From: Dehalococcoidales bacterium
GTDB taxonomy: Bacteria; Chloroflexota; Dehalococcoidia; Dehalococcoidales; RBG-16-60-22
Direction: 5' to 3'
DNA: 56,316 nucleotides
Assembly: GCA_016926705.1 (NCBI GenBank)
Contig: JAFGOC010000036.1
Coordinates: 1 to 56,316, forward strand
Shown here: one piece after another, positions 35,855 to 44,940 of the stretch
Layout of the letters: every line of letters starts with the position of its first letter
Numbering within the stretch: the stretch's first letter is position 1
Notes under the pieces: model-generated
Told to the model about the DNA's origin: nothing
The model's database searches: none
Seen by the model: the letters and a program-made list of their open reading frames with translations, nothing else
Program-made: the position numbers and the translations under genes

Positions 35855-37308
35855 AAATAACGACGCTAAATATAAGCTCCAACGTAATAAAGTACGTTAC
35901 CACCAACGGCAACGGTCAGGTCAAACACGGCAGCATTACGCCGGACGGCCTTATCAATAACGGCCTGATATTACAGCCTGATGCTATCGCCAGTCAGATA
36001 AAGACCATGTTTGCTGATAACGCCCTTCCCAAGAACAAAGTTATCTGCAGCATCAATGGTCTGCCGTTTTCCTATAGGCTGTTTACCCTCCCGAAGATGG
36101 AGCCGGCGGCTTTTGATGAAGCTATTATCAGGGTAATCAGGAAAGAGATGCCCATTTCTCCGGATGAAATGTACCTGCTGTGGCAGGCTTATCCCACGGA
36201 AAATAAGGAATGGCAGGTGCTGGTGGCGGGCATAACGCGCCAGCCTGTTGATAACCTGGTGAAAACATTATCGGCAGCTGGCATCAAGCCGTATTTTCTT
36301 GACCTTCAGCATCTTTCTCTGGCCAGGTTGAGCGGTGAGTCCGATGCAATAATCGTCGAATGTGAAAAAGACTACTCCAATATCGTGATGCTGGTAGAAG
36401 GAATACCGCAGGCTTTACATATCGTTCCGTCTCTGGGGGCAGAGGCTGCTGTTAAGGATGAAATCCGCCAGGTTGTCAGCAGACTCAATAAGATGGTCAA
36501 TTTCTATAACAACAATCATCCTAAAAACCCCATTAAAGAGGATTCCAAGGTCCTGCTGACCGGCGAACTGGCAAACGAGGATGGTGTGGTAGAGCTTGTA
36601 CAGAAGGAAGTAGATTATACGGTAGAGCTTTTATCACCGGCCGACAAAGTGGTTTCCGGCATGCCTTTGCATGATTTTGCCGTTAACGCCGGCTCGATAC
36701 TCATGAAGACTGCGCCGGAAAAGGAAGCCGGCAAAGACGCTACTCCTCATCGCAGTATCAATCTCGCCAGGGTTGCCAGGCAGCTGCAAAGTATTAATAT
36801 TTCCAGTATTTCCAACGCAGTAATCGTAGGTTCGATTGCCGCTTTCGCCGGCGTCGTTGCTCTGGTATTCGGATTTTTATCGCTAAATCAAGTACGGGAA
36901 GACTTAGCTCTGGCGCAGGGGCAATTGGTCAAGGCTAATGCGGAATACAGCACCATAACAAGTACGCTCGCCGCCTCCCAGGCTGTGCAGGATAATATCG
37001 ATGAAGTTAAAGCGCAGATACATTTGATAAACGCCGATTACGAATCGATATTGAATTCGACGGATCATGTAGCCGATATTGCCGCGGTCACCCAGTCCGT
37101 TCCTGACGACCTTGTGTTTACCGATTTAGAAATTACGTCCGACCAGATTTTCGTATATGGCAGAACCTACGAGCCAGCGACGGTCGTCCAGTTCGCACGG
37201 AATCTTGAACTGATCGGCGATTTTTCCAAAGCTGATATCCAGCGTATCGACTGGGCAAACAGCACCTCCGGCCCTTCACTGTCTTTTATGATCGTTATCA
37301 ATAAATAG
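35851..37308 (+). CDS. PilM (actin-like ATPase fold) fused to a PilN-like TM/coiled-coil C-terminal region
   Basis: The N-terminal ~300 aa has PilM-like organisation (ITTLNISSNVIKYV..., AGIKPYFLDLQHLSLARL). This is followed by a TM helix (VIVGSIAAFAGVVALVFGFLSL), a coiled coil and a C-terminal domain. Confidence 0.7.
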   Translation: MKITTLNISSNVIKYVTTNGNGQVKHGSITPDGLINNGLILQPDAIASQIKTMFADNALPKNKVICSINGLPFSYRLFTLPKMEPAAFDEAIIRVIRKEMPISPDEMYLLWQAYPTENKEWQVLVAGITRQPVDNLVKTLSAAGIKPYFLDLQHLSLARLSGESDAIIVECEKDYSNIVMLVEGIPQALHIVPSLGAEAAVKDEIRQVVSRLNKMVNFYNNNHPKNPIKEDSKVLLTGELANEDGVVELVQKEVDYTVELLSPADKVVSGMPLHDFAVNAGSILMKTAPEKEAGKDATPHRSINLARVARQLQSINISSISNAVIVGSIAAFAGVVALVFGFLSLNQVREDLALAQGQLVKANAEYSTITSTLAASQAVQDNIDEVKAQIHLINADYESILNSTDHVADIAAVTQSVPDDLVFTDLEITSDQIFVYGRTYEPATVVQFARNLELIGDFSKADIQRIDWANSTSGPSLSFMIVINK

Positions 37309-37475
37309 GGCCGGCATGATTATCTTCGCTTAATCTCCCCCCTTATTCACTTAAGGTGCTTTTGGTTGTATTGCGCCTGATTGTGTGGTAAAAGTGTCTC
37401 TAAGAATGTTAAGATAAACTGGTACGTTTTAGTCATATCGGTTCAATGACTTTACATCAATTAGAGGAGGGCTCG

Positions 37476-38558
37476 ATGAAAGCAGCGGTCTGTTACGAAT
37501 TCGGCAAGCCATTGGTGATAGAAGAAGTGACATTATCCGAGCCGGGTGATATGGATGTTAAGGTACGCCTGACGGCGACGGCAATCTGCCACAGCGATAT
37601 CCACGACTGGAAGGGAGAGCTTCCGGGGGGCCTGCCTTTCGTCGGTGGGCACGAGTCGGCGGGGTACGTGGAAAAAGCAGGGCGGGGAGTAATTTCCGTA
37701 AAAGCCGGCGACGCGGTGGTTGTTTCGCTGCTGGCTTCATGCGGTAAATGTTATTACTGCGCCAGCGGTCTGCCGCACCTCTGCGAGCACAGGTTCGACC
37801 CGCCTCCCAACCCGCGTGTGCACAATAAGAAAGGACAGTCTCTGGAACTTAAGGGCAATATCGGCGGCTTCGCCGAATACACCGTCGTTGACGAGTCGCA
37901 GGTCGTGAAGGTGCCGGAGGATATGCCCCTGGACCGGGCGTGCCTGCTTGCCTGCGACGTGATTACCGGTTTCGGCGGCGTGGTCAACCGCGCCAGGGTG
38001 CGGCCTTTCCAGAGCGTCGTGGTCATGGGCGTGGGCGGTGTCGGTATCAATGCCATTCAGGGGGCCGCTTACGTGGGCGCTTATCCCGTTATCGCCGTGG
38101 ACATGCTGGATGCCAGGTTGAAAATGGCCATGGACATGGGGGCTACGCATACGGTCAACGCCGGGCGTAAAGACGCGGCGGATGTTATAAGGGGGCTGAC
38201 GGATGGGAGGGGGGCGGATTTCGTCTTTGTGACCGTCGGCAGTATCGCCGCAATCAAGCAGGGGTTTTCCTTCACCGGTCTGCGCGGCACCACCGTTCTT
38301 ATCGGCCTGCCTAAATATACCGACCAGTTTTCCTTCGCCCCGCTGGAACTGATACCGACCGAGAAGAATATCATCGGCGGTTTCATGGGGGCCACAAATC
38401 TGAAACTGGACATCCCCAACCTGGTGAACCTGTACCGGGCGGGGCGTCTCAAGCTGGACGAGCTGGTTACCGGGCGCTTTCCGCTCGAGCGCATAAACGA
38501 GGCGATAGCATCGACGGAAAAAGGCGAAGGCCTGCGTAACGTTATCATGTTCAAGTAA
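37476..38558 (+). CDS. Zinc-dependent alcohol dehydrogenase (MDR family)
   Basis: Catalytic CHSDIH and GHESAGYV, structural zinc motif CGKCYYCASGLPHLC, and Rossmann GVGGVG. The ATG at 37476 with a gaggaggg RBS is preferred over the listed 37446. Confidence 0.9.
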   Translation: MKAAVCYEFGKPLVIEEVTLSEPGDMDVKVRLTATAICHSDIHDWKGELPGGLPFVGGHESAGYVEKAGRGVISVKAGDAVVVSLLASCGKCYYCASGLPHLCEHRFDPPPNPRVHNKKGQSLELKGNIGGFAEYTVVDESQVVKVPEDMPLDRACLLACDVITGFGGVVNRARVRPFQSVVVMGVGGVGINAIQGAAYVGAYPVIAVDMLDARLKMAMDMGATHTVNAGRKDAADVIRGLTDGRGADFVFVTVGSIAAIKQGFSFTGLRGTTVLIGLPKYTDQFSFAPLELIPTEKNIIGGFMGATNLKLDIPNLVNLYRAGRLKLDELVTGRFPLERINEAIASTEKGEGLRNVIMFK

Positions 38559-38590
38559 CATTACATAAAGTATTAAGTAGAGGTGTATCA

Positions 38591-39676
38591 ATGAAAGCGG
38601 CAATCTGCTATGAAATTAACAAACCTCTGGTTATTGAAGATGGTGTCACCGTGGCTCCTCCCGGCAGGGGCCAGGTAAAGGTCCGCGTAGCGTTTACGGC
38701 TGTATGCCACAGCGACCTGCATTTTCTCACCGGGGAAATCCTTTCGCCGCTGCCCGGACTGGCCGGCCACGAGACCTCCGGGTATATCGATGAAGTGGGC
38801 GAGGACGTAACCGGACTTAAGGAGGGCGATACCGTCGTTGTCGGCACAGTTACCTCCGGCTGCGGCCGGTGCTATTACTGCACCATCGGCAAGCCGCATA
38901 ACTGCGTGGAAAGGCACGCTTTCATGGCGCCCAAACACAAGAACAAGAAAGGCGTGCCCCTGGCGCTGATGGCGGGGCCGGTCGGGGGTTTTGTCGAGTA
39001 CACTACGGTTCCCCAGGAACTGGTCACTAGAATCCCCGAGGACATGCCTCTAGACCGGGCGTGTTTGCTTTCATGCGGCGTTTCATCGGGTTTCGGCGCC
39101 GTGGTCAACCGCGCCAAAGTCCCGGCGATGAGCAGCGTGGCGGTGGTGGGGACGGGAGGCGTCGGGCTAAATTCGATACAGGGGGCGGTTTTTTCCGGGG
39201 CTTACCCTGTAATCGCCGTGGACGTGCTGGACAGCAAGCTGAAGACGGCCAAGACGTTCGGCGCCACGCACACAGTCAACGCACAAAAGGAAAAAGACCC
39301 CGTTAAAGCCGTGCGGGACATGACTTCAGGCAGGGGAGCGGACTACGTTTTTGTTACCGTGGGTAAGGTGGAGGCTATCAGGATGGGCTTTTCCATGTGC
39401 GGGGACATGGGTATGACGGTGGTGGTAGGTTTAGCCGGCGGCAACATGGCCGCCTTCGAGCCGATGGAGTTTGTCTTTACGGAAAAAATCCTGACGGGGT
39501 GCGGGGGAGGCTCGCTGCGCACAAGCGTAGATATTCCTTTCCTTGTGTCGCTTTATAAGGCGGGGAAACTCAAGCTCGATGAGCTTATCAGCGGCCATTA
39601 CCCGCTGGAGAGAATCAACGATGCCGTCGAGTCCCTGAAAAAGGGCGACGCGCTGCGCAATATTATTACGTTCTAA
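38591..39676 (+). CDS. Zinc-dependent alcohol dehydrogenase (MDR family), paralog of the preceding gene
   Basis: CHSDLH, GHETSGYI, CGRCYYCTIGKPHNC and GTGGVG. It is collinear with 37476-38558 throughout. Confidence 0.9.
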   Translation: MKAAICYEINKPLVIEDGVTVAPPGRGQVKVRVAFTAVCHSDLHFLTGEILSPLPGLAGHETSGYIDEVGEDVTGLKEGDTVVVGTVTSGCGRCYYCTIGKPHNCVERHAFMAPKHKNKKGVPLALMAGPVGGFVEYTTVPQELVTRIPEDMPLDRACLLSCGVSSGFGAVVNRAKVPAMSSVAVVGTGGVGLNSIQGAVFSGAYPVIAVDVLDSKLKTAKTFGATHTVNAQKEKDPVKAVRDMTSGRGADYVFVTVGKVEAIRMGFSMCGDMGMTVVVGLAGGNMAAFEPMEFVFTEKILTGCGGGSLRTSVDIPFLVSLYKAGKLKLDELISGHYPLERINDAVESLKKGDALRNIITF

Positions 39677-39682
39677 TAAATA

Positions 39683-40696
39683 CTATTTTCCCCCGCGCCA
39701 CTTGGTGACCCCCAGACCAACCGGGAATGACATCATGTAGAATATCTGCTTGCGGATATTGCGGATAATCATCGGGCCCTGCTTGACGTCCGGCGGTATG
39801 TACGCCCCGAAGGTTTTATTGATGATGTGCTTCTCACCGCCTATCCATAGCTCCACTTCCGCGCACAGGTCGGTAATGTCATCATAATTCATCGCCTGGA
39901 AAACGATTGACGTGCCGTGGGAAACGGTGTGCTCCTTCATCATCTCGTAGCCGGCTTTTGACTTATCGCCGGGCAGCAGCCAGAGCGTCTCGCAGCCGAA
40001 CTCGCAGTCGGGAATGACCGTATCGTCGATATAGGCCATGGGGCGCACGTACTTGGGGTCGTAGGGCAGCATGTAATATTTCCTGGCCTGACCCGGCTTC
40101 GTCCCGTACACAAAGTATTTAGCGTTATTATATTCCCGCTTGGCCCCCGGCTCTAGGGGAGGGATGGGTTTTTTCCTGTTTTCTTCGTCTGACGCGTGGC
40201 CTTTTTCTCTATCGTAGAAGCCAGGGCCGGATGTCCAGTGGCAGACCGGTATGGTCGCCCTTTTACTTTGAGGACTGCGCGTAGGCATGTGCGGCATGCC
40301 AGCGGGGATGTAAGCCACCCAGCTTTTTTCCAGCGGGATGTTCTCGTCCTCCATCAGCATGCCCATGCCACCGGTGTTCTCCGGGCGGTCGGGGTCGGTG
40401 CCCCACCATGCAAGCAGCTCGGGGAAATCGTGAGAGTGGGGGAACATGGGCTTATCGTTGGTGGGCAGCTTCATCTGCTCCTCCATGGTAATCTGCCCGG
40501 GGTAGGTAGGAGGCCATATCCACGTAGCCTCGCCGTAATAGGCGCCGGGGATTATCTCGCTGTCAATCCAGAGGGTGTGCTCCATGCTGATGCGCTTGCC
40601 CGCGGCGGCCAGTTTATCACGTGCCTCCGGGGTGGGACCGGGCAGCATGTGCCGTTTATGGAGTGTCGTGCAGATGTATTTATCGTATTGACCCAT
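39683..40696 (-). CDS. Bicupin-like protein (tandem duplication of the local cupin-like family)
   Basis: The N-half has HSHDFPE...AYIPAGMPHMP. The C-half has HTVSHGT...AEVELWIGGEKH...AYIPPDVKQGP, so the ligand pattern is degraded. Both halves align to 21240-21695 and 43332-43787. Confidence 0.65.
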   Translation of the reverse strand: MGQYDKYICTTLHKRHMLPGPTPEARDKLAAAGKRISMEHTLWIDSEIIPGAYYGEATWIWPPTYPGQITMEEQMKLPTNDKPMFPHSHDFPELLAWWGTDPDRPENTGGMGMLMEDENIPLEKSWVAYIPAGMPHMPTRSPQSKRATIPVCHWTSGPGFYDREKGHASDEENRKKPIPPLEPGAKREYNNAKYFVYGTKPGQARKYYMLPYDPKYVRPMAYIDDTVIPDCEFGCETLWLLPGDKSKAGYEMMKEHTVSHGTSIVFQAMNYDDITDLCAEVELWIGGEKHIINKTFGAYIPPDVKQGPMIIRNIRKQIFYMMSFPVGLGVTKWRGGK

Positions 40697-40740
40697 CGGT
40701 ATTCTCCGCTCCTTCCCAATAGCACTTATATATTAGTAGA

Positions 40741-42216
40741 TTATTCAGTTTCTATTAGTAGTTCGTAATCTGTTACGTTACTACAGGAGCCCCAGCAGGG
40801 AATTATCATATCCACACTCTGGTCCGGCATCAAATTGCCCGTGCTGTCGATAGATGTATCCACCAGATTTCCTTGAGAATCGAGGAAGCTTACGGTGACC
40901 TTTACGAGACTAATTTTCGTGCTGCCGGAGTTCCATAAAGTCAGATAGACCATAATCCTGCCGGATGCGTCGGTGGCCATCTCTTCGTGCGTGATTACCA
41001 GCCCGCCCGTTGGTGTTGCCGTGCTGGTCACTGTTATTGTCGATGTCGGCGTCGGCGTTGCGGTGCCGGGATTCAGTTTATAGACCCCGTAATAAGCGCC
41101 GGCATAGATAGTGGAGGGATAATGGTAATCGGTAGCGAAGCAAATAAAAGAGGTGGACTGGAGGCCCGTAGCGATTTTCTCCCATGTCTCGCCGTAGTCC
41201 AGCGAGCGGTAGGGGACAGCTTCGAGGGCGCCGTCGGGTCCGGTCGCTGTGACGGGGATGGCGTACACCTCGTTATGGGCGGAGGGGTTGACCAGGACGC
41301 TGCATACATGGCAGCCGTCGAAGCCGATATTCTGCCATGACTGCCCGCTGTTGGTACTCTTCCAGATGCCGCGGTAGCTCGGTCTATCGCCTGAACCCAG
41401 GCAACCGGCATAGATGACGTTGCTGTCTACGGGGTCGACGGCGATGCAGTAGATTTGCACATCGTCGGGTCCCATAGCATGGAAGGTAGCGCCGCCGTCG
41501 GTGGACTTATAGACACCTCCCTCGGATAGTGAGCCCCAGTTGTTCCCGCCGACATAAACCGTCTGCGGATGTGCCGGGTCGACGGCGATGGTATTGACAT
41601 CGCCCATGGAAATGGCGGTAGGAGACCATGAGTTGCCGGCATCGGTGGATTTCCAGAGTCCCTGGTCGTTATAGGAGATATAAATGATGTTGCTGTTGGT
41701 CGGGTCGCAGTAGACCTTTTGAACGGGGTAGTTGGCGATAGCCGACCATGAGTTGCCGCCGTCGGTGGTGCGGAACAGCGCGCCAGGCTGGGCGGCGGTG
41801 CCGGCATAGGCAATATTTGAATTGCTCGGGTCAACGGCGATGGAATATATTTTATTGTTATAAATCCCGCTGTTTATAGGCGTCCAGGTGAGGCCGCCGT
41901 CGGAGCTTTTACTGATGCCGGCGTAATAGCTGGCAAGATAAATGGTCTGTGAGTCAACGTGTGAAATAGCCAGCTCCCGACCTTCAACGTCGTCCGGCCC
42001 CAGGTACGTCCAGGCGGCCGGCTGCGGCGTCGTTGTAGTCGGCTCGGAAGCCGGCGGCGTGGTTTGCCCGGGACCTGTTGTGGTGGGTGTCGGTGTTGTC
42101 AGTCCGGGAGTCGTCGATGTCGATGGCTGTGATGTACATGAGGGCAGAATAGTTAAAGCCGTGACGAGGAGAGCAATTAACAATACAAGAGCTACCGGAG
42201 AGACAGGTTTAGGCAT
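40741..42216 (-). CDS. Secreted/lipid-anchored BNR (Asp-box) beta-propeller protein with C-terminal Ig-like module
   Basis: Signal peptide ending ..TILPSC, then a Thr/Pro-rich linker. Six Asp-box-like motifs follow (SSDGGLTW, TTDGGNSW, STDAGNSW, STDGGATF, STNSGQSW, SLDYGETW). A second T/P-rich linker precedes a ~85-aa C-terminal domain. Confidence 0.75.
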   Translation of the reverse strand: MPKPVSPVALVLLIALLVTALTILPSCTSQPSTSTTPGLTTPTPTTTGPGQTTPPASEPTTTTPQPAAWTYLGPDDVEGRELAISHVDSQTIYLASYYAGISKSSDGGLTWTPINSGIYNNKIYSIAVDPSNSNIAYAGTAAQPGALFRTTDGGNSWSAIANYPVQKVYCDPTNSNIIYISYNDQGLWKSTDAGNSWSPTAISMGDVNTIAVDPAHPQTVYVGGNNWGSLSEGGVYKSTDGGATFHAMGPDDVQIYCIAVDPVDSNVIYAGCLGSGDRPSYRGIWKSTNSGQSWQNIGFDGCHVCSVLVNPSAHNEVYAIPVTATGPDGALEAVPYRSLDYGETWEKIATGLQSTSFICFATDYHYPSTIYAGAYYGVYKLNPGTATPTPTSTITVTSTATPTGGLVITHEEMATDASGRIMVYLTLWNSGSTKISLVKVTVSFLDSQGNLVDTSIDSTGNLMPDQSVDMIIPCWGSCSNVTDYELLIETE

Positions 42217-42357
42217 TAAGTTTAACCTCCAATTTCAGTTGTTAGAATATACCATAATATTATACTGTATAATTAGTGAAAATATCATTATTTTAATTAA
42301 CACAAAATTATCACAAATTTATTATACCCGGATAGCTGAAAAGGAGGATTATATAAC

Positions 42358-43323
42358 ATGGTATATGGCAAAGGTAAATATACCTATGAACTGGTCGACT
42401 GGCGGGCCAGGTTCCCTGAAGGTTGGTCGCCCATTGAGGTAAACGGACTGGCTATTGATTCTCAAGACAGGCTCTACGCGTTCAATACGGGGGAATACCC
42501 GGTAACGGTCTTCGACCGTGATGGCAACTTGCTTGATACATGGAGCGAGGAGTCCTTTAAACATAACCACGGCGCCGTTATCGGTTCTGATGATTGTATT
42601 TATTGCGCTGACGACGGCAACCATACGGTGAGTAAATTTACGCTTGACGGTAAGGTGCTCCTTACGCTGGGCAGCAAGGACAAGCCTTCCGATACCGGTT
42701 TTACCTGGGTGGATGAGAAGGGCAAAAGGCTCGATTTTATGGCGGCGATGACATCTACCAAGCGCAGCGGGCCCCCGTTTAACAGTCCCACGGATGCCGC
42801 TCTCTCTCCCTCGGGTGAAATTTATGTATCCGACGGCTACGGCAACGCGCGGGTGCACAAGTTCTCTCCCGACGGCAGGCTGCTTCTTTCTTGGGGCGAG
42901 CCGGGCAAAGGTCCCGGCCAGTTTATCGTACCCCATTCGGTGGCGGTGGATAAGCAGGGCAGGGTGCTGGTTGCCGACCGGCATAACAATAGAATCCAGA
43001 TTTTCGATGCCGGGGGGCATTATCTTACCGAGTGGGATGACGTTATCCTGCCGACTAATATATTTATCGACGATGAACAAGCGGTATATATTTCCGAGCT
43101 GCATCCCAGGCTTAGCATATTCGATATTAACGGCAGGCTGCTGGCGCGCTGGGGCAATGAAGGAAGGACCAAGGAGGACCCCCTCTTCGTTACGCTTCAT
43201 ACGGTGGCTGTAGATTCACGCGGTGATATCTATGTCGGTGAAGTCATGGGTATTTATAAGGGAGACCCTTTCCTGGATACCCGCAAGACCAGGATGATAC
43301 AGAAATTTACCAGGAAATCCTAA
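42358..43323 (+). CDS. NHL-repeat six-bladed beta-propeller protein (peptidylglycine amidating-lyase-like)
   Basis: Repeated NHL-type blades are present (FNSPTDAALSPSGEIYVSD..N.RVHKF; GPGQFIVPHSVAVDKQGRVLVADRHNNRIQIFD; ..HTVAVDSRGDIYVGE). No signal peptide is seen. Confidence 0.75.
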   Translation: MVYGKGKYTYELVDWRARFPEGWSPIEVNGLAIDSQDRLYAFNTGEYPVTVFDRDGNLLDTWSEESFKHNHGAVIGSDDCIYCADDGNHTVSKFTLDGKVLLTLGSKDKPSDTGFTWVDEKGKRLDFMAAMTSTKRSGPPFNSPTDAALSPSGEIYVSDGYGNARVHKFSPDGRLLLSWGEPGKGPGQFIVPHSVAVDKQGRVLVADRHNNRIQIFDAGGHYLTEWDDVILPTNIFIDDEQAVYISELHPRLSIFDINGRLLARWGNEGRTKEDPLFVTLHTVAVDSRGDIYVGEVMGIYKGDPFLDTRKTRMIQKFTRKS

Positions 43324-43331
43324 ACGCCTTA

Positions 43332-43787
43332 CTACTTGGTGAAATTTCTGCCGATTATAGTCGAATCAAAAGACGGCGCAAACATAATGTGCCCGAACAT
43401 AATCGGCTTGTCTACCCGCTTGAAGTCCAGAGGGCAATGCATTACATTTGCCGGGACGTATACCCAGGTAGTGGCTGTGATGGTATGTATTTCCGCATCC
43501 TCGCCCTCGCCTATCGTAAGCTCCACCTCCGCCCCGAATTCCTTGAAGTTCATCGGGTCGCCGCCGATAAAATAAAGGATTTCAGCCACGTTGTGTTTAT
43601 GACCGTCGGGTATCATTTTATAGGGCCGGTAAATGGGGCGCAGTACCTGGGTCAGGGGCTCGTCCCACCCCTCGACAGGAGCCCTTTGTCCTATTCCTAT
43701 ATATACCGGCGCATCTGGAGGAGTGCCCGGATGAATGATTCCCCAGGGTTCTTTCAAGAAATATTTATCATATTTTCCCTTAGCCAT
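43332..43787 (-). CDS. Conserved hypothetical, cupin-like (paralog family member C)
   Basis: 151 aa with HKHNVAE...AEVELTIGEGEDAEIH...VYVPANVMHCP. It has the same length and pattern as 21240-21695. Confidence 0.65.
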   Translation of the reverse strand: MAKGKYDKYFLKEPWGIIHPGTPPDAPVYIGIGQRAPVEGWDEPLTQVLRPIYRPYKMIPDGHKHNVAEILYFIGGDPMNFKEFGAEVELTIGEGEDAEIHTITATTWVYVPANVMHCPLDFKRVDKPIMFGHIMFAPSFDSTIIGRNFTK

Positions 43788-44089
43788 GACAGGTGCCTCC
43801 TAAAATCTAAAAATCGTGGGCGCTATTGTTTGATTGCAGAACGCGTAAACCGAAATTGACCTTATTAGTCTATCTTTATCTTTCTGCCAATAGTAATTTT
43901 AACAATTAGCGTTCTTTCACGCAACAGACAACACGGATGTGCGGTCTGGTCCGTGGATTTTTATAGGTAAAAAACCTTCGACTACGTTGATTAAACCGGG
44001 CGGGAAGCATTATCATAGTTAGAAGCAGGCGCTTTTGCAGCTAAGGTTGTAACTCCCTCATGAGCAGGGGACTTATTCAGGAGGAAAAG

Positions 44090-44896
44090 ATGACACTAAA
44101 AGGAAAAACGGCACTGATAACCGGTGGCGGCACGGGCATCGGAGCGGCAATCGCCCGCAGGTTTGTAAAAGAAGGAGCTAAAATCTGTATCGTCGGACGC
44201 CGCCGCGAAAAACTGGAGCAGGTTGCCGGAGGGCTTCCGGAAGGTTCGGTGCTTGTCTTTACCGGGGATGTCTCCCGTTATGAAGAAATAAAGGCCATGG
44301 TGGCGGCGACGGTGAAATTCGGGGGCGGACTGGACATACTGGTAAATAATGCCGCCACGGACTCGCTGGCGCGCATTACCGAACTCGACCCGGATGAATG
44401 GCGCAAGGTCATCGACGTGAACCTCACCGCGCCTTTCCTGTTCATGAAGGAGAGTATCCCTCATATGATTAAAGCCGGGAGCGGCTCGGTCATCAATATC
44501 GCCTCTCTGGGCGGACTGCGCTGCATACCCGCCTGCCCGGCCTACAGCACTACCAAAGCCGGCCTCATCATGCTGACGCAGCAGGCGGCGCTGGACTACG
44601 GCCAGTACAAAATACGGTTCAACGCGGTCTGCCCGGGTGCCACCCGGACGGACATGCTCGAAAAAATGGTCGTCCCGCTTTCAGAAAAGCTGGGGACGGA
44701 TAAAGCCGGTGGTTACGCTCATTTTACGAAAGACGTACCGCTGCGGCGTACCTGCTCCCCTGACGAGATTGCCGGTCTCTGCAACTACCTGGCCAGCGAC
44801 GAATCGTCTTTCATGACCGGCTCGGTTTTATTGATGGATGGCGGAGCGGCGATTGTGGATGTTTCCGGGGCGGCGGTGAGTGATGCCGGACTATAA
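44090..44896 (+). CDS. Short-chain dehydrogenase/reductase (SDR)
   Basis: TGGGTGIGAA (TGxxxGxG), NNAA and YSTTK (YxxxK). The ATG at 44090 follows caggagg and is preferred to the listed 44060. Confidence 0.9.
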   Translation: MTLKGKTALITGGGTGIGAAIARRFVKEGAKICIVGRRREKLEQVAGGLPEGSVLVFTGDVSRYEEIKAMVAATVKFGGGLDILVNNAATDSLARITELDPDEWRKVIDVNLTAPFLFMKESIPHMIKAGSGSVINIASLGGLRCIPACPAYSTTKAGLIMLTQQAALDYGQYKIRFNAVCPGATRTDMLEKMVVPLSEKLGTDKAGGYAHFTKDVPLRRTCSPDEIAGLCNYLASDESSFMTGSVLLMDGGAAIVDVSGAAVSDAGL

Positions 44897-44940
44897 TAGA
44901 TTTTTGCGGTTGAGCTAACAATAGGAAAAAGGAGAAATTA

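Noticed and set aside
37737-38603. 288-aa minus-strand ORF opposite the first alcohol dehydrogenase
   Set aside because: It is the shadow of a GC-rich ADH gene with complete Zn-ADH motifs on the plus strand.
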